A stretch of DNA of 64,000 bases from contig CAZSXR010000001.1 in assembly GCA_964611335.1 (NCBI GenBank), positions 828,818-892,817 on the forward strand, read 5' to 3'. This document shows positions 38,431-48,423 of this stretch, in pieces. This stretch comes from an uncultured Pseudobdellovibrionaceae bacterium. GTDB lineage: Bacteria > Bdellovibrionota_B > Oligoflexia > Oligoflexales > Bog-1112. Within the stretch, counting starts at the first letter, position 1, and every line of letters begins with the position of its first letter. The translations under genes were made by a program, and so were the position numbers. The notes below the pieces were generated by a model. That model was not told the DNA's origin and did no database searches. It was given only the letters and a program-made list of their open reading frames with translations.

Positions 38431-40136
38431 TTTTTTCCTTGCACTTTTGTCCAGGTGTCTTTCAAAGACACTGTTCTGTTAAACACCAAATTTTCCATAC
38501 GGGAACTCTTATCCACTGTAAAATAACCTAGACGTTCGAACTGATAATGTGTTCCTGCTTCAGCATCCTTAACAGACCTTTCCACAACACTGCGTGTGTT
38601 GATTACCAAAGAATCAGGATTGATAAACGAGGTATACGGGATCCCTTCTTTTTCTTTTTCAGTAGGATCAGGAACATTGAATAGACGGTCATACAAGCGT
38701 ACTGTTGTTTTCAAACATTTTTCAGCGCTTACCCAATGAATAACTCCTTTCACCTTTCTTCCTTCGGGATTTTTACCTAAAGTGTCAGGATCATAGGTGC
38801 ACCGCAATTCTGTTATATTTCCCTTGGCATCTTTGATAACTTTATTGCAGCGTACTATATAAGCAAAACGTAATCGCACTTCACCACCTGGAATAAGGCG
38901 GAAAAATCCTTTCGGAGCATCTTCCATGAAGTCCTCTCGTTCAATGTATATTTCACGAGTAAACTCAAGAGAACGCTCACCCATTTCAGGTTTCTGAGGA
39001 TGATTGGGAACTTTTAAAGTCTCAACCTTTCCTTCTTCAAAATTCTCAATCACAAGTTTAATAGGATCGAGTACACAAAACACACGTTTTGCTTTTTCGT
39101 TAAGATCATTGCGTACACATTCTTCCAACATTCCGAAATCAAGAACAGTTTCTTTTTTAGTCACACCTACACGAGTACAAAAATCAATGATCCCTGTAGG
39201 CGTGAATCCTCTACGTCGCATTCCACTTAAAGTAGCCATGCGTGGATCATCCCAAGACTCGACAAAATTTTTGTCGACGAGTTCTTTCAACTTTCGTTTA
39301 CTTGTAATAGTGTAGTTTAAATTCAAACGTGCAAATTCAATCTGACGAGGGTGAGCAGGCGTTTTCAGTGTTTCTAAAATCCAGTCATACAAAGGCCTAT
39401 GATCTTCAAACTCCAAGGTACAAAGAGAGTGGGTGATCTCCTCGATTGCATCCGAAATACAATGTGCATAATCATACATAGGGTAAATACACCATTTGTT
39501 TCCGGTAACGGGATGGTCTGTTTTCAAAATCCTGTAAATGACAGGATCGCGCATGTTGATGTTTCCAGAATTCATATCGATTTTTGCACGGAGAGTATAC
39601 GTCCCATCCGCAAACTCACCCTTTCTCATCCTTGCAAATAAATCTAGATTCTCTTCTACGCTGCGCTTACGGTCAGGGCTTTCTTTGCCAGGTTCTGTAA
39701 GAGTTCCTCTGTATTCACGCATCTGCTCATTTGTAAGACTGCAAACATAGGCTTTCCCCATTTTAATAAGCTGGACAGCATAGTCGTGAAGTTGATCAAA
39801 GTAATCGGAAGCGTGGTGTATAGGTTCCTCCCATTTAAATCCAAGCCACTGAATATCTTCTTTGATAGCCTTGAAATAAATAGGATCTTCCTTGTAAGGA
39901 TTTGTATCGTCAAAACGCAAATTGCACGTTGCAACTTTGTAATCTTGTGCAATACCGAAATTAAGACATATAGACTTTGCATGACCTACATGAAGAAAGC
40001 CGTTTGGTTCTGGTGGAAAACGTGTTTTGATAACCTTATGTTTTCCAGACTTCAAATCTTCATCGATGATTTGCACTATGAAATTTGTAGGCTTCGAAGA
40101 CGTATTTACATTTTTTGAATCGTTGTGCATGTTCAT
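38427..40136 (-). CDS. glnS: Glutaminyl-tRNA synthetase
   Basis: [19 protein letters not shown]...[17 protein letters not shown] (HIGH motif) and the [11 protein letters not shown] (KMSKS-type) loop. Collinear with E. coli GlnRS as I recall it. Confidence 0.95.
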   Translation of the reverse strand: MNMHNDSKNVNTSSKPTNFIVQIIDEDLKSGKHKVIKTRFPPEPNGFLHVGHAKSICLNFGIAQDYKVATCNLRFDDTNPYKEDPIYFKAIKEDIQWLGFKWEEPIHHASDYFDQLHDYAVQLIKMGKAYVCSLTNEQMREYRGTLTEPGKESPDRKRSVEENLDLFARMRKGEFADGTYTLRAKIDMNSGNINMRDPVIYRILKTDHPVTGNKWCIYPMYDYAHCISDAIEEITHSLCTLEFEDHRPLYDWILETLKTPAHPRQIEFARLNLNYTITSKRKLKELVDKNFVESWDDPRMATLSGMRRRGFTPTGIIDFCTRVGVTKKETVLDFGMLEECVRNDLNEKAKRVFCVLDPIKLVIENFEEGKVETLKVPNHPQKPEMGERSLEFTREIYIEREDFMEDAPKGFFRLIPGGEVRLRFAYIVRCNKVIKDAKGNITELRCTYDPDTLGKNPEGRKVKGVIHWVSAEKCLKTTVRLYDRLFNVPDPTEKEKEGIPYTSFINPDSLVINTRSVVERSVKDAEAGTHYQFERLGYFTVDKSSRMENLVFNRTVSLKDTWTKVQGKN

Positions 40137-40148
40137 GAGATCTCCAGG

Positions 40149-41735
40149 TTAAAACAAAGCTTCTGCAGTTTTTGCAAATTTAATAGCAGGATGACGTTCT
40201 TCATAAAATTTCAAACGCCAGTCATGATCCAAAAGTAAAGTAGGATTTCCTCTTGAATCGAGAACGATATTTTGTGCTTGGTCTTCTTTGAATTTATCTA
40301 AAGCTTTTTTGTCCTCGGAATATATCCAACGAGCTGCTGTGTAAGCAAGCGGGCGCATTTGAACTTCGACACCATACTCTTCTTTGATTCTATACTTCAC
40401 AACATCGATCTGAAGCATACCAACCACACCCAAATATTGGTCGTTAGAATACATAGGTCGAAAAACTTGAACTGCACCTTCCTCGGAAAGTTGATCCAAA
40501 CCTTTGCGCAACTGTTTGGATTTGAGAGGATCTTTAAGTTCCACTCGCACAAAATGTTCAGGAGCAAAAACAGGAATATCTGTGAAATTGATACTTTCAC
40601 CAGAACTCAAAGTATCTCCAATGCGAAATATACCTGGATCATGTATACCAACAATGTCTCCTGCAAACGCTTCATCGACCAAACTCCGATCTTGGGCCAT
40701 GAAGTTCGTAGGTCGCCCTAAACGCATCGCACGACCCATACGCACATGATGAGCTTTCATTTCTCTATGGAAGCTGCCTGAGCAAATACGCAAAAACGCA
40801 ACGCGATCTCTGTGGGAAGGATCCATGTTGGCTTGAATTTTAAAAATAAAACCTGAGAATTTGTCTTCGAGAGGGTCTACTTCTCTCTGTATTGTATGAC
40901 GTTTCAAAGGAGGGGGGGCGAGTTCGCAAATATTTTTTAGCAAAGTTTCAATACCAAAATTATTGAGAGCACTCCCAAAAAATACAGGAGCAAGTTTTCC
41001 TTCCAAATAGGCGTTGTGGTCAAAAGAATCACCTGCATGATCGAGAAGACTGATTTCCTCTCTTAAAGTTTGTGCATATGCACTGCCTAAAACTTCATCA
41101 ACTTGAGGGCTATCCAATGAAATCCCCTGCAGATTTGCCTTACGCGAGCGGTCACCACTGTTGTCGTAGAGAAGAAATTCTTTCGTTTGTCGATCGTAGA
41201 CTCCACGAAATTCATCACCCATACCGATCGGCCATGTGATGGGATACGTTGCAATCCCAAGCACCCTTTCAATTTCTTCGAGAAGGGAGAAAGGGTCGCG
41301 ACCGGGTCTATCCATTTTGTTGATAAAGGACATGACAGGTGTTTTGCGAAGAGCGCAGACTTCAAAAAGTTTCTTTGTCTGTGTTTCCACACCATTGCTT
41401 GCATCGATCAGCATAAGAGCGCTGTCAACTGCGGTGAGCGTGCGGTAGGTGTCTTCGGAGAAGTCCTGGTGACCAGGTGTGTCTATAAGATTGATGGCAC
41501 AATCTTTATAAGGAAAACTCATGACGGAACTCGTTACGGAGATACCTCTCTGCTTCTCTAGCTCCATCCAGTCGGAAGTTGCAAATTTCTTTGAACGCTT
41601 TGCTTTTACGGTGCCCGCCATCTGTATGGCTCCACCGTAAAGAAGTAGTTTTTCAGTAATTGTGGTTTTTCCAGCATCGGGATGCGAAATAATCGCAAAA
41701 GTCCGGCGTTTTTTAATTTCTTGTTCCAATGTCAA
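40149..41735 (-). CDS. prfC: Peptide chain release factor 3 (GTPase)
   Basis: RRTFAIISHPDAGKTTITEKLLLYGGAI, DTPGHQDF and NKMDR G-motifs; 528 aa. Confidence 0.95.
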   Translation of the reverse strand: MTLEQEIKKRRTFAIISHPDAGKTTITEKLLLYGGAIQMAGTVKAKRSKKFATSDWMELEKQRGISVTSSVMSFPYKDCAINLIDTPGHQDFSEDTYRTLTAVDSALMLIDASNGVETQTKKLFEVCALRKTPVMSFINKMDRPGRDPFSLLEEIERVLGIATYPITWPIGMGDEFRGVYDRQTKEFLLYDNSGDRSRKANLQGISLDSPQVDEVLGSAYAQTLREEISLLDHAGDSFDHNAYLEGKLAPVFFGSALNNFGIETLLKNICELAPPPLKRHTIQREVDPLEDKFSGFIFKIQANMDPSHRDRVAFLRICSGSFHREMKAHHVRMGRAMRLGRPTNFMAQDRSLVDEAFAGDIVGIHDPGIFRIGDTLSSGESINFTDIPVFAPEHFVRVELKDPLKSKQLRKGLDQLSEEGAVQVFRPMYSNDQYLGVVGMLQIDVVKYRIKEEYGVEVQMRPLAYTAARWIYSEDKKALDKFKEDQAQNIVLDSRGNPTLLLDHDWRLKFYEERHPAIKFAKTAEALF

Positions 41736-41785
41736 GGACGTCTCTCCTAGGTTTGCTCGCCAGAACTTATACTGAATTCCGCCTC

Positions 41786-43747
41786 TTAGGTCAATTGCAC
41801 GGTTTTACTTCTTATAAATAAACGCGCCATAAGCACTAGAAGCAAAACTAGAGCAAGGGCAACGGAATAGCCCGTCCATTGTATCCATGTTGCATTTTTA
41901 AACAGAGAGAGGGGAGACAAACTTGCATCTTCTTTCATGGGAGGCATGAGAATCTCACCAGAAGTTGGAATCAACGGAAGTTTAGATTCAGGGTCTAGGC
42001 TCAAAGTATGTATGTAATCAAGCAGTGCCTTCCAACCTTTGTATTCACGAGAGACTCCTAGATGATCGGGAAGGGTGATAACAGCGTCTTTGATCTCTTT
42101 TAAGGGTGTTCCCTTTTCAGATTTGGGAAGAACATTAAACAAACCTTTACTGACTTCAGGAATAACCCAGAAAAATTTTCCGACGTAAGAAATGGTTCCG
42201 AAACTGTAAAGTTTCTGTTCATCTTTGAAATCGATAGGAATCTTCTTTCCATCGGAACCTTTTAAAAAGGCTTCGCTTACTCTATCGAGAGGAATGCGGT
42301 AAGGGTTGTATGTAAATTCTATTCCCGACAAACGAGGGTGATAATTTGAACCTTTAAGTTTGTAGGCAAGAATAAGTGTTTCGAGAATCTGTTTTAGTTC
42401 TTTCCCATTTACAAAAACTTTAATCATAGGATAACCTACATCTTCATCAACTTCACCCATACCTAAAGGAAGTAAACGAAATACGTCTGAAAAACTTTGT
42501 ATACCCGATTTTCCATGGAACATATCATCACGGATTACACCATCTGGACAAAATCCAATATCTGCATGAGTAGCTTCTTGAAAAGCAGCAGAAAGAAGAT
42601 GTCCTAAAGAGTTATCGTAGTATTCGCGTGTTGCATTGGATTGAATTTTGGCAGTTGCTTCATCGAAACGAACGTGAAAAGGTTTAAGTACACTCTCATC
42701 AATTTCCTTTTTGAGAGCGTCGACTTTTTTTGTGATTTCAGCATCTCCTATAATTTTGTCGTCAATAGGATGAAGTTCATAAGACAAAATTTTGCTTTCA
42801 TGCTTGTCATAATCCAATTGCAGTTCACCTAAATAACGCATTTCAGATCCTGCTTGGACTATGGTTGTTTTCCCAACTTTTAAAGGTTTCACAAGAGGTG
42901 TATGTGTATGTCCACTCACAATAACATCAATATCGGGAACAGCTTTTGCGAGTTCAACATCTTCTCCCATCCATTTCCCATCATCTCCCACATCGAGAAC
43001 TTCTGTGCCTTTCCAGTTAACATCTTTTCTATCGACCCCTGAATGAGAAAGAACGATGATCACATCTACTTTTTCTTGTTTTCTAAGTACTTCTACCCAT
43101 TTTTTCATACTTTCGATGTGATCAGTAAATGTGAGGGGATGATAATTGATAGTAACTTCGACAGCATCTTTACCGAGTATACCCAGTATGCCAAATTTGA
43201 TATTGCCCTTGTGTATCACAGCATATGGACTGATCACACCCTCTTGCGCAAGATCACGAAGGCCCTTGTCTGCTGCATCATTTTTTGTAAAATTCATATT
43301 TGAAGCAATAATAGGTGGCAATCTTCCTGCTTCACGTATAGCAGAACGAATCATGTTTGTGATCCCTTTAACACCAAAATCAAATTCGTGATTGCCAAAG
43401 GTAAAAGCATCGTAAGCTAAAAGTTTGAGGAATTGTATTTCAGCACCCTTCTCGCGAGAGATCATTTGAAAGAGGGTTCCCATTGAGAAGTCACCAGCTT
43501 CCAAAGTGAGTACAGGGCCTTTTTGACTGGCAAGATTTCGTTTCTCATTGAGCAAAGTTGCAAGACGTGCAACACCACCGATGGTTCCGTCTCCGCGAAT
43601 ATGCGGATTATATTCAGAATCTGGCGCAAAACCAAGAAAACGCGAATGTTCGTCATTGGTATGAAAAATGGTATAGGTTTCTGCATGACTCAACAAGGGA
43701 GCAAACAATAAAATGCAAAGCATTACACGTAGGACAACATTCATCAT
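41786..43747 (-). CDS. Bifunctional metallophosphatase/5'-nucleotidase (UshA-like) with C-terminal membrane anchor
   Basis: Signal peptide, then the metallophosphoesterase motifs TNDEHS, GDFSMG, GNHEFDFG and SGHTH, then a 5'-nucleotidase C-domain. A terminal TM helix (YSVALALVLLLVLMARLFI) follows. Confidence 0.85.
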   Translation of the reverse strand: MMNVVLRVMLCILLFAPLLSHAETYTIFHTNDEHSRFLGFAPDSEYNPHIRGDGTIGGVARLATLLNEKRNLASQKGPVLTLEAGDFSMGTLFQMISREKGAEIQFLKLLAYDAFTFGNHEFDFGVKGITNMIRSAIREAGRLPPIIASNMNFTKNDAADKGLRDLAQEGVISPYAVIHKGNIKFGILGILGKDAVEVTINYHPLTFTDHIESMKKWVEVLRKQEKVDVIIVLSHSGVDRKDVNWKGTEVLDVGDDGKWMGEDVELAKAVPDIDVIVSGHTHTPLVKPLKVGKTTIVQAGSEMRYLGELQLDYDKHESKILSYELHPIDDKIIGDAEITKKVDALKKEIDESVLKPFHVRFDEATAKIQSNATREYYDNSLGHLLSAAFQEATHADIGFCPDGVIRDDMFHGKSGIQSFSDVFRLLPLGMGEVDEDVGYPMIKVFVNGKELKQILETLILAYKLKGSNYHPRLSGIEFTYNPYRIPLDRVSEAFLKGSDGKKIPIDFKDEQKLYSFGTISYVGKFFWVIPEVSKGLFNVLPKSEKGTPLKEIKDAVITLPDHLGVSREYKGWKALLDYIHTLSLDPESKLPLIPTSGEILMPPMKEDASLSPLSLFKNATWIQWTGYSVALALVLLLVLMARLFIRSKTVQLT

Positions 43748-43829
43748 TCAGCCTCATTTGGATGGATTGTGTGATGAATGTGATCTTAGGAAAGAAAGAG
43801 CGTGAGAACAAGAGTAAATTTTTAGTGTG

Positions 43830-44738
43830 TTAAGGACTTGTTGGACAGTTGTTATTTTGAAGTAAAGCAATATAGGCATCATTTAATTGTATGGTGTTGT
43901 CTTGCCATGAAAGACCCTGCGATTTTGCATTCGCTTCCTTAGAATCATTTGCATTGAAAATATGATTGACAATTCCATTTGAGTACAACGGATTCCCATT
44001 AACATTGACTGTGAGACTCTTCAGTTCATAGCGTTCAACTTCGAGTATAGTTGCCAGAAGACTGCATCCCGTAATAGTTTTCCCGCTAGAATCGAGACAA
44101 AAATCTGTTTTTGTATAAGCAGGTGCGGTTTTCTTTACGGTAATAGAATTGATCGTATTGATAGGAATTCCCTGTCCTTGTGGAACAGAATAGGTGAAGT
44201 GTACTCCGTTTGCAAAAATAGGATTTTGCTGTTCATTATTTGTAAAACTGATGGCATTTGCTTGACTGGAAGTTCCTAATTCAAATTGAAAATTTGTCTG
44301 TCCTTGAACTGGTTGTGGCAAATATTGATCAGCTTGTTTCAATGCTGTCACATCATTGTCGTTAAGTTTTTGGCCCGTTATGATCACTTCCACCGTATTC
44401 ACAGTCATAGATCCCATGCATCCGGCACCTATGTTTGCCATAAGTTCGAGCATAAGATTGTCGCGTCTTGCTTTCTCTGCGTCAAGAATAGGTTTGCGAT
44501 TTTTGATCTGAGTTTCGAGATTTAAAAATGTAGAAATGTCAATTTGTTGCTGTGCTGCGAGGGCTTGTGATGCTTGAGGGCCTGTACTGTATATACTATT
44601 TCTTATGGGGTTATTGCCGTTCACACCCACACTAGATTGAGAATTTCGAGTGGAAATAACGGGAGCTTTGGGGCTGCATTGAATCGCGAAAACTACAATG
44701 TAAAATTGAAAAAAAATAATTTTAATAAACTTATTCAT
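43830..44738 (-). CDS. Hypothetical exported Asn/Gln-rich protein
   Basis: Signal/lipobox-like MNKFIKIIFFQFYIVVFAIQC. A helical segment is followed by a beta-rich region. The start overlaps the upstream stop (TAATG). Confidence 0.45.
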   Translation of the reverse strand: MNKFIKIIFFQFYIVVFAIQCSPKAPVISTRNSQSSVGVNGNNPIRNSIYSTGPQASQALAAQQQIDISTFLNLETQIKNRKPILDAEKARRDNLMLELMANIGAGCMGSMTVNTVEVIITGQKLNDNDVTALKQADQYLPQPVQGQTNFQFELGTSSQANAISFTNNEQQNPIFANGVHFTYSVPQGQGIPINTINSITVKKTAPAYTKTDFCLDSSGKTITGCSLLATILEVERYELKSLTVNVNGNPLYSNGIVNHIFNANDSKEANAKSQGLSWQDNTIQLNDAYIALLQNNNCPTSP

Positions 44739-45514
44739 TAGGGTGTACTCCCCGATAATGTGCTTTGTCGAATCTGATTGATTTCACTCATACTCACCAT
44801 ACAAGAACTGCTTTTTCCCATGAGTAAAATAGCTTGGGGATCTATTTGCAATTCCGTGAGATTTGTGGGGGAACTTGGTGCTTGTATGATGAGTGAACCT
44901 TTTCCAGTTATATTCTGACCATTTGCAATGATATTCAATTGCATGTTTTTGATCAGATAAGCTTGATCAGTAGCGTTCAGCACTTGAGTGCTTTGTATGT
45001 ACCCAGAACTGTTTATAACCGAACCTGCTGTGACAGATACAAGTTTGAGACTAACTATTTCTCGAAAGCGTGGAGCATTAACAGGTTGAGTATCATCGCG
45101 ATGAAAACGTACATTCCCACCGCCTTCGCCGAATTCATCACTTATATAGTGTGTATTTGCAACGATTCGGAATCGGTGCCCATTTAAATTTTTAGCAATC
45201 ACCTGAATGCTGGGCTCTATGTTCTTACTATTAGGACACGAAAGGGTGTTTGTAACAGGTGCGCTCAAATAGGCCTGTGTGGGACACTGATTGTTGAGTT
45301 TAGCAAGTCGAGCACACATAGCTGCATTAAATGCTTGAAGCTGTCGCAGTAGTGTAATCTCTTGATTATTTTCTGTCGTTAAATTTTGAATGGCTTGCTC
45401 TAAAGTTTCTATTGGGACTTGAGCAAGTTGACTGGCGTTCATGGTGGAAAGGTCGTTTTGTGAGAACGCAAGGCTACTTGTAAATGAGAAAATTGCTGGA
45501 AAAAGGTACTTCAT
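44738..45514 (-). CDS. Hypothetical exported protein
   Basis: Signal peptide MKYLFPAIFSFTSSLAFS. The layout matches the downstream neighbour: helix, Cys pair, beta-rich region, C-terminal Cys. Confidence 0.45.
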   Translation of the reverse strand: MKYLFPAIFSFTSSLAFSQNDLSTMNASQLAQVPIETLEQAIQNLTTENNQEITLLRQLQAFNAAMCARLAKLNNQCPTQAYLSAPVTNTLSCPNSKNIEPSIQVIAKNLNGHRFRIVANTHYISDEFGEGGGNVRFHRDDTQPVNAPRFREIVSLKLVSVTAGSVINSSGYIQSTQVLNATDQAYLIKNMQLNIIANGQNITGKGSLIIQAPSSPTNLTELQIDPQAILLMGKSSSCMVSMSEINQIRQSTLSGSTP

Positions 45515-45759
45515 TTTTTAAACTCTATGAAGATTAAAACTATAAAGGGTATCGGAAGACCTAGAAAAAAAATAAGAAGCTTTCAAGTAAGCTTACCATA
45601 ACCAAATTTAATCTTTTTAATTAAGAAGTAAATGATTTTTCACTGAATCTAATTAAAAGGAAGGGAGTCGACATTTCATCAAATCAAAAAGTTAAAGGTT
45701 GAATCTACATCCGACACGACTTAGAATTTTCCTAAGGTTATTTTTGGGAGTACGTATTT

Positions 45760-45897
45760 ATGAAAGAAGTGTCTGTGGAAAAAATCCCCTCCTTTGTCCC
45801 TGTTGGAGCTATTGCATTCTTTATCACACTAGTTGTGTTTTTTGCATTTGTGTGGTTTGGGTTTTATGCATTGATGCTTTTAAGACAGAATGGGTAG
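45760..45897 (+). CDS. ba3-type cytochrome c oxidase subunit IIa (single-TM micro-protein, 45 aa)
   Basis: Not in the ORF track because it is under 60 aa. My translation is MKEVSVEKIPSFVPVGAIAFFITLVVFFAFVWFGFYALMLLRQNG. GGGAG lies 9 nt upstream. It resembles Thermus CbaD ...LVFWLGVYAVFFARG (from memory) and ends 1 nt before subunit II. Confidence 0.6.
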   Translation: MKEVSVEKIPSFVPVGAIAFFITLVVFFAFVWFGFYALMLLRQNG

Positions 45898-46731
45898 GTG
45901 AGTATGTCAAAGCATAAAATTATTCCACTGGAAAAAAAGATTTTTATAGGCGCTATTTCTTTTTGTGTGCTTATGATGTTGATGATTGCTTATGCGTCTT
46001 GGCAATATGGGATCACAGTTCCAGGATGTGTGAAGGATCTCAAACCCTTCACGGTAGGGTCTCTTACGAAAAAATCGGATCTTCATTACGAATTGCATGT
46101 TGTTGCAAAAATGTGGTCTTTTGATCCGGCTCGTATAGAGGTTCCGACAGGTTCTACTCTCGACATTTTTCTTAGTAGTGTGGATGTCAATCATGGCTTT
46201 CATATAGATGGGACCAATGTGAATTTGATGGCAGTTCCAGGAGCTGTCAATTATGCACAAATCACACTTACAAAACCAGGTGATTACAACATTGTTTGTC
46301 ATGAATATTGTGGAACGGCTCACCATATGATGCACGCAATATTGCATGTAGGAGAAGGTGGAGGAGCGAATATTGCAAATCAATCAGCTGAATCTATTTC
46401 TGAAGCGCAAACTAAAAATACGTCTTCTCCGAATTTAGATCCTGCATTAGTTGAAAGAGGGAAGAAAGTTTATCAGGAAAAAATCTGTGCAAGTTGCCAT
46501 ACTCTTAATGGAGAAAAGAGTATAGGGCCTACCTTTAAAGGTCTTTATGGATCACAGGTAGCTATGTCTGACGACAGTGTTGTTACTGCAGATGATGCTT
46601 ACATCATAGAATCTATCAAATTACCTCAGGCAAAAATTGTAAAAGGCTATGAATCCGTTCCCATGCCACCTTTACCAGTGGGTGACGAAGACATCAAAGC
46701 ATTGATTGAGTTGATAAAGTCTGTTCGTTAA
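45898..46731 (+). CDS. Cytochrome c oxidase subunit II (ba3/B-family type) fused to a C-terminal mono-haem cytochrome c domain
   Basis: The start is GTG 45898 or ATG 45904. One TM helix, a cupredoxin with the CuA site HGFH...CHEYCGTAHHMM, then a linker and a CASCH haem-c motif (46486-46500) with ...VPMPPLP. Confidence 0.85.
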   Translation: MSMSKHKIIPLEKKIFIGAISFCVLMMLMIAYASWQYGITVPGCVKDLKPFTVGSLTKKSDLHYELHVVAKMWSFDPARIEVPTGSTLDIFLSSVDVNHGFHIDGTNVNLMAVPGAVNYAQITLTKPGDYNIVCHEYCGTAHHMMHAILHVGEGGGANIANQSAESISEAQTKNTSSPNLDPALVERGKKVYQEKICASCHTLNGEKSIGPTFKGLYGSQVAMSDDSVVTADDAYIIESIKLPQAKIVKGYESVPMPPLPVGDEDIKALIELIKSVR

Positions 46732-46746
46732 AAAGAAGGATAACTT

Positions 46747-48423
46747 ATGCAAATGAATGCGCTTATAAAAAAGATTGTACTTGCTGAAATTATAATACCG
46801 ATCGCTTTGCTGATATTCGGTATCTACCATGGTCTTATGCAAACTCTTTACAGAGCAGGCATACTGCATGCGACAAGTGCGCTAGGTATAGAGTATTACC
46901 AAGGGCTTACAGCACATGGTGTGATCAATGCGATTGTGTTGACAACGTTTTTCGCAGTTGCTTTTGGACACACTCTCGTCACTCAGTTTTTAGCAAAACA
47001 GGTGAATAATTTTTTTGCAGCGAGTGGGTTTTGCATTATGCTTTCAGGAGCATTGCTCGCTGCTGCTATGATTTTTTCAGGGCAAGCAAGTGTTTTGTAC
47101 ACCTTTTATCCACCGCTAAAAGCACATCCTATTTTTTATGTAGGGCTTGCTTTATTTGTTGTAGGTTCTTGGTTTAGTTTTTACAGCTGGATCCCTGCAT
47201 ACAGATCGTGGCGTCATGAAAATCCTAATAAAAAAGTTCCGTTGGGGGTGTTGGGAATATTTGTAACTTTTATTATTTGGCAAATCTGTACCATTCCTGT
47301 TGCGATTGAAGTTCTATGCATGCTTTTACCTTGGTCTTTAGGCCTCACTACCATCAATGTAACGCTTGCAAAAACTTTATTCTGGTTTTTTGGGCATCCT
47401 CTTGTTTATTTCTGGTTATTGCCTGCTTACATTATGTATTATGTCATGCTTCCAAAACTTACGGGAGGAAAGCTTTTTAGTGACTTCGCTGGCCGCTTTT
47501 CGTTTCTTTTGTTTTTAGTTCTTTCTTCTCCCTTAGGTTTGCATCATCAGTTTGCAGATCCAGGAATTTCATCAAATTGGAAAGCCCTTCATGCAGTGCT
47601 CACAGGATTGGTGGCTATTCCAAGTTTGATGACAGCTTTTACTCTTGCTGCATCGATGGAACATGGAGCGCGTCAAAGAGGGGGTAGTGGATACTTTGGA
47701 TGGTGGACTAAACTTCCCTACTTTGAATCCGATCGTTGGTTGTTCTCTTACCTATTTTGTGGGTTGTTTATCTTCATTTTTGGAGGTGTTACTGGCTTGG
47801 TGAACGCTTCCTACTCTATGAACATGCTTATACATAATACAGCATGGTTACCTGCACACTTTCATCTCACTGTAGGTGGACCTGTATTTCTAGCAATTTT
47901 AGGTATGAGTCTTTATATAAGTTCAGGTCTACTGAATAAGAATTTGGTTAGCAGTAAACTTGCGATTGCGGTTCCTTATCTTTGGACTCTAGGTGTGTGT
48001 ACGTTCTCTACAGGTCTTTTTATGGGTGGTTTGAATGGAGAACCACGACGCACCAATATGGGTTTGAGTTATACTAATCCTGAATCTCCGATGTACAGGC
48101 AGGATTGGTTGACAGGTGCTCATATAGGTGTAGGAGGTGGAATTTTGATGACACTCTCCGCTCTGATTTTTTTCTATGTATTTTTTGGAACACTTCTCTC
48201 TAAAAGTCCGAAGAGAATTTTTAATTTTGCTCTCCCTTCCTCTGAGAATTACCACGACGAGGACATTGATTTTGTGAAGAATCTTAAACCATGGATTATT
48301 GCAGCTGTGTTTGCGGTTATCTTTGCCTATGCTAAACCGCTCTATGACGTGACGGTAAACGATCAAGGAGCATCTGAAAGATTTCTTCCCAATTCCCCTC
48401 TTGCAGAACCGGCTCAAAGATGA
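46747..48423 (+). CDS. Cytochrome c oxidase subunit I, B-family (ba3-type)
   Basis: Long stretches are near-identical in pattern to Thermus ba3 subunit I as recalled: VLYTFYPPLKAHP, TLFWFFGHPLVYFWLLPAY, HHQFADPGI, PSLMTAFT, NASYSMN..IHNTAWLPAHFHLTV. Confidence 0.92.
   Translation: MQMNALIKKIVLAEIIIPIALLIFGIYHGLMQTLYRAGILHATSALGIEYYQGLTAHGVINAIVLTTFFAVAFGHTLVTQFLAKQVNNFFAASGFCIMLSGALLAAAMIFSGQASVLYTFYPPLKAHPIFYVGLALFVVGSWFSFYSWIPAYRSWRHENPNKKVPLGVLGIFVTFIIWQICTIPVAIEVLCMLLPWSLGLTTINVTLAKTLFWFFGHPLVYFWLLPAYIMYYVMLPKLTGGKLFSDFAGRFSFLLFLVLSSPLGLHHQFADPGISSNWKALHAVLTGLVAIPSLMTAFTLAASMEHGARQRGGSGYFGWWTKLPYFESDRWLFSYLFCGLFIFIFGGVTGLVNASYSMNMLIHNTAWLPAHFHLTVGGPVFLAILGMSLYISSGLLNKNLVSSKLAIAVPYLWTLGVCTFSTGLFMGGLNGEPRRTNMGLSYTNPESPMYRQDWLTGAHIGVGGGILMTLSALIFFYVFFGTLLSKSPKRIFNFALPSSENYHDEDIDFVKNLKPWIIAAVFAVIFAYAKPLYDVTVNDQGASERFLPNSPLAEPAQR

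Noticed and set aside
45575-45600. AAGCTT...AAGCTT pair upstream of the oxidase operon as a possible hairpin or operator.
   Set aside because: Only 6 bp of self-complementary sequence, which is not statistically notable.
45699-45917. 72-aa Cys-rich track ORF upstream of oxidase subunit II.
   Set aside because: It overlaps, in another frame, the 45-codon ORF (45760-45897) that matches the subunit IIa pattern and has an SD. The 72-aa product has no features of a real protein.
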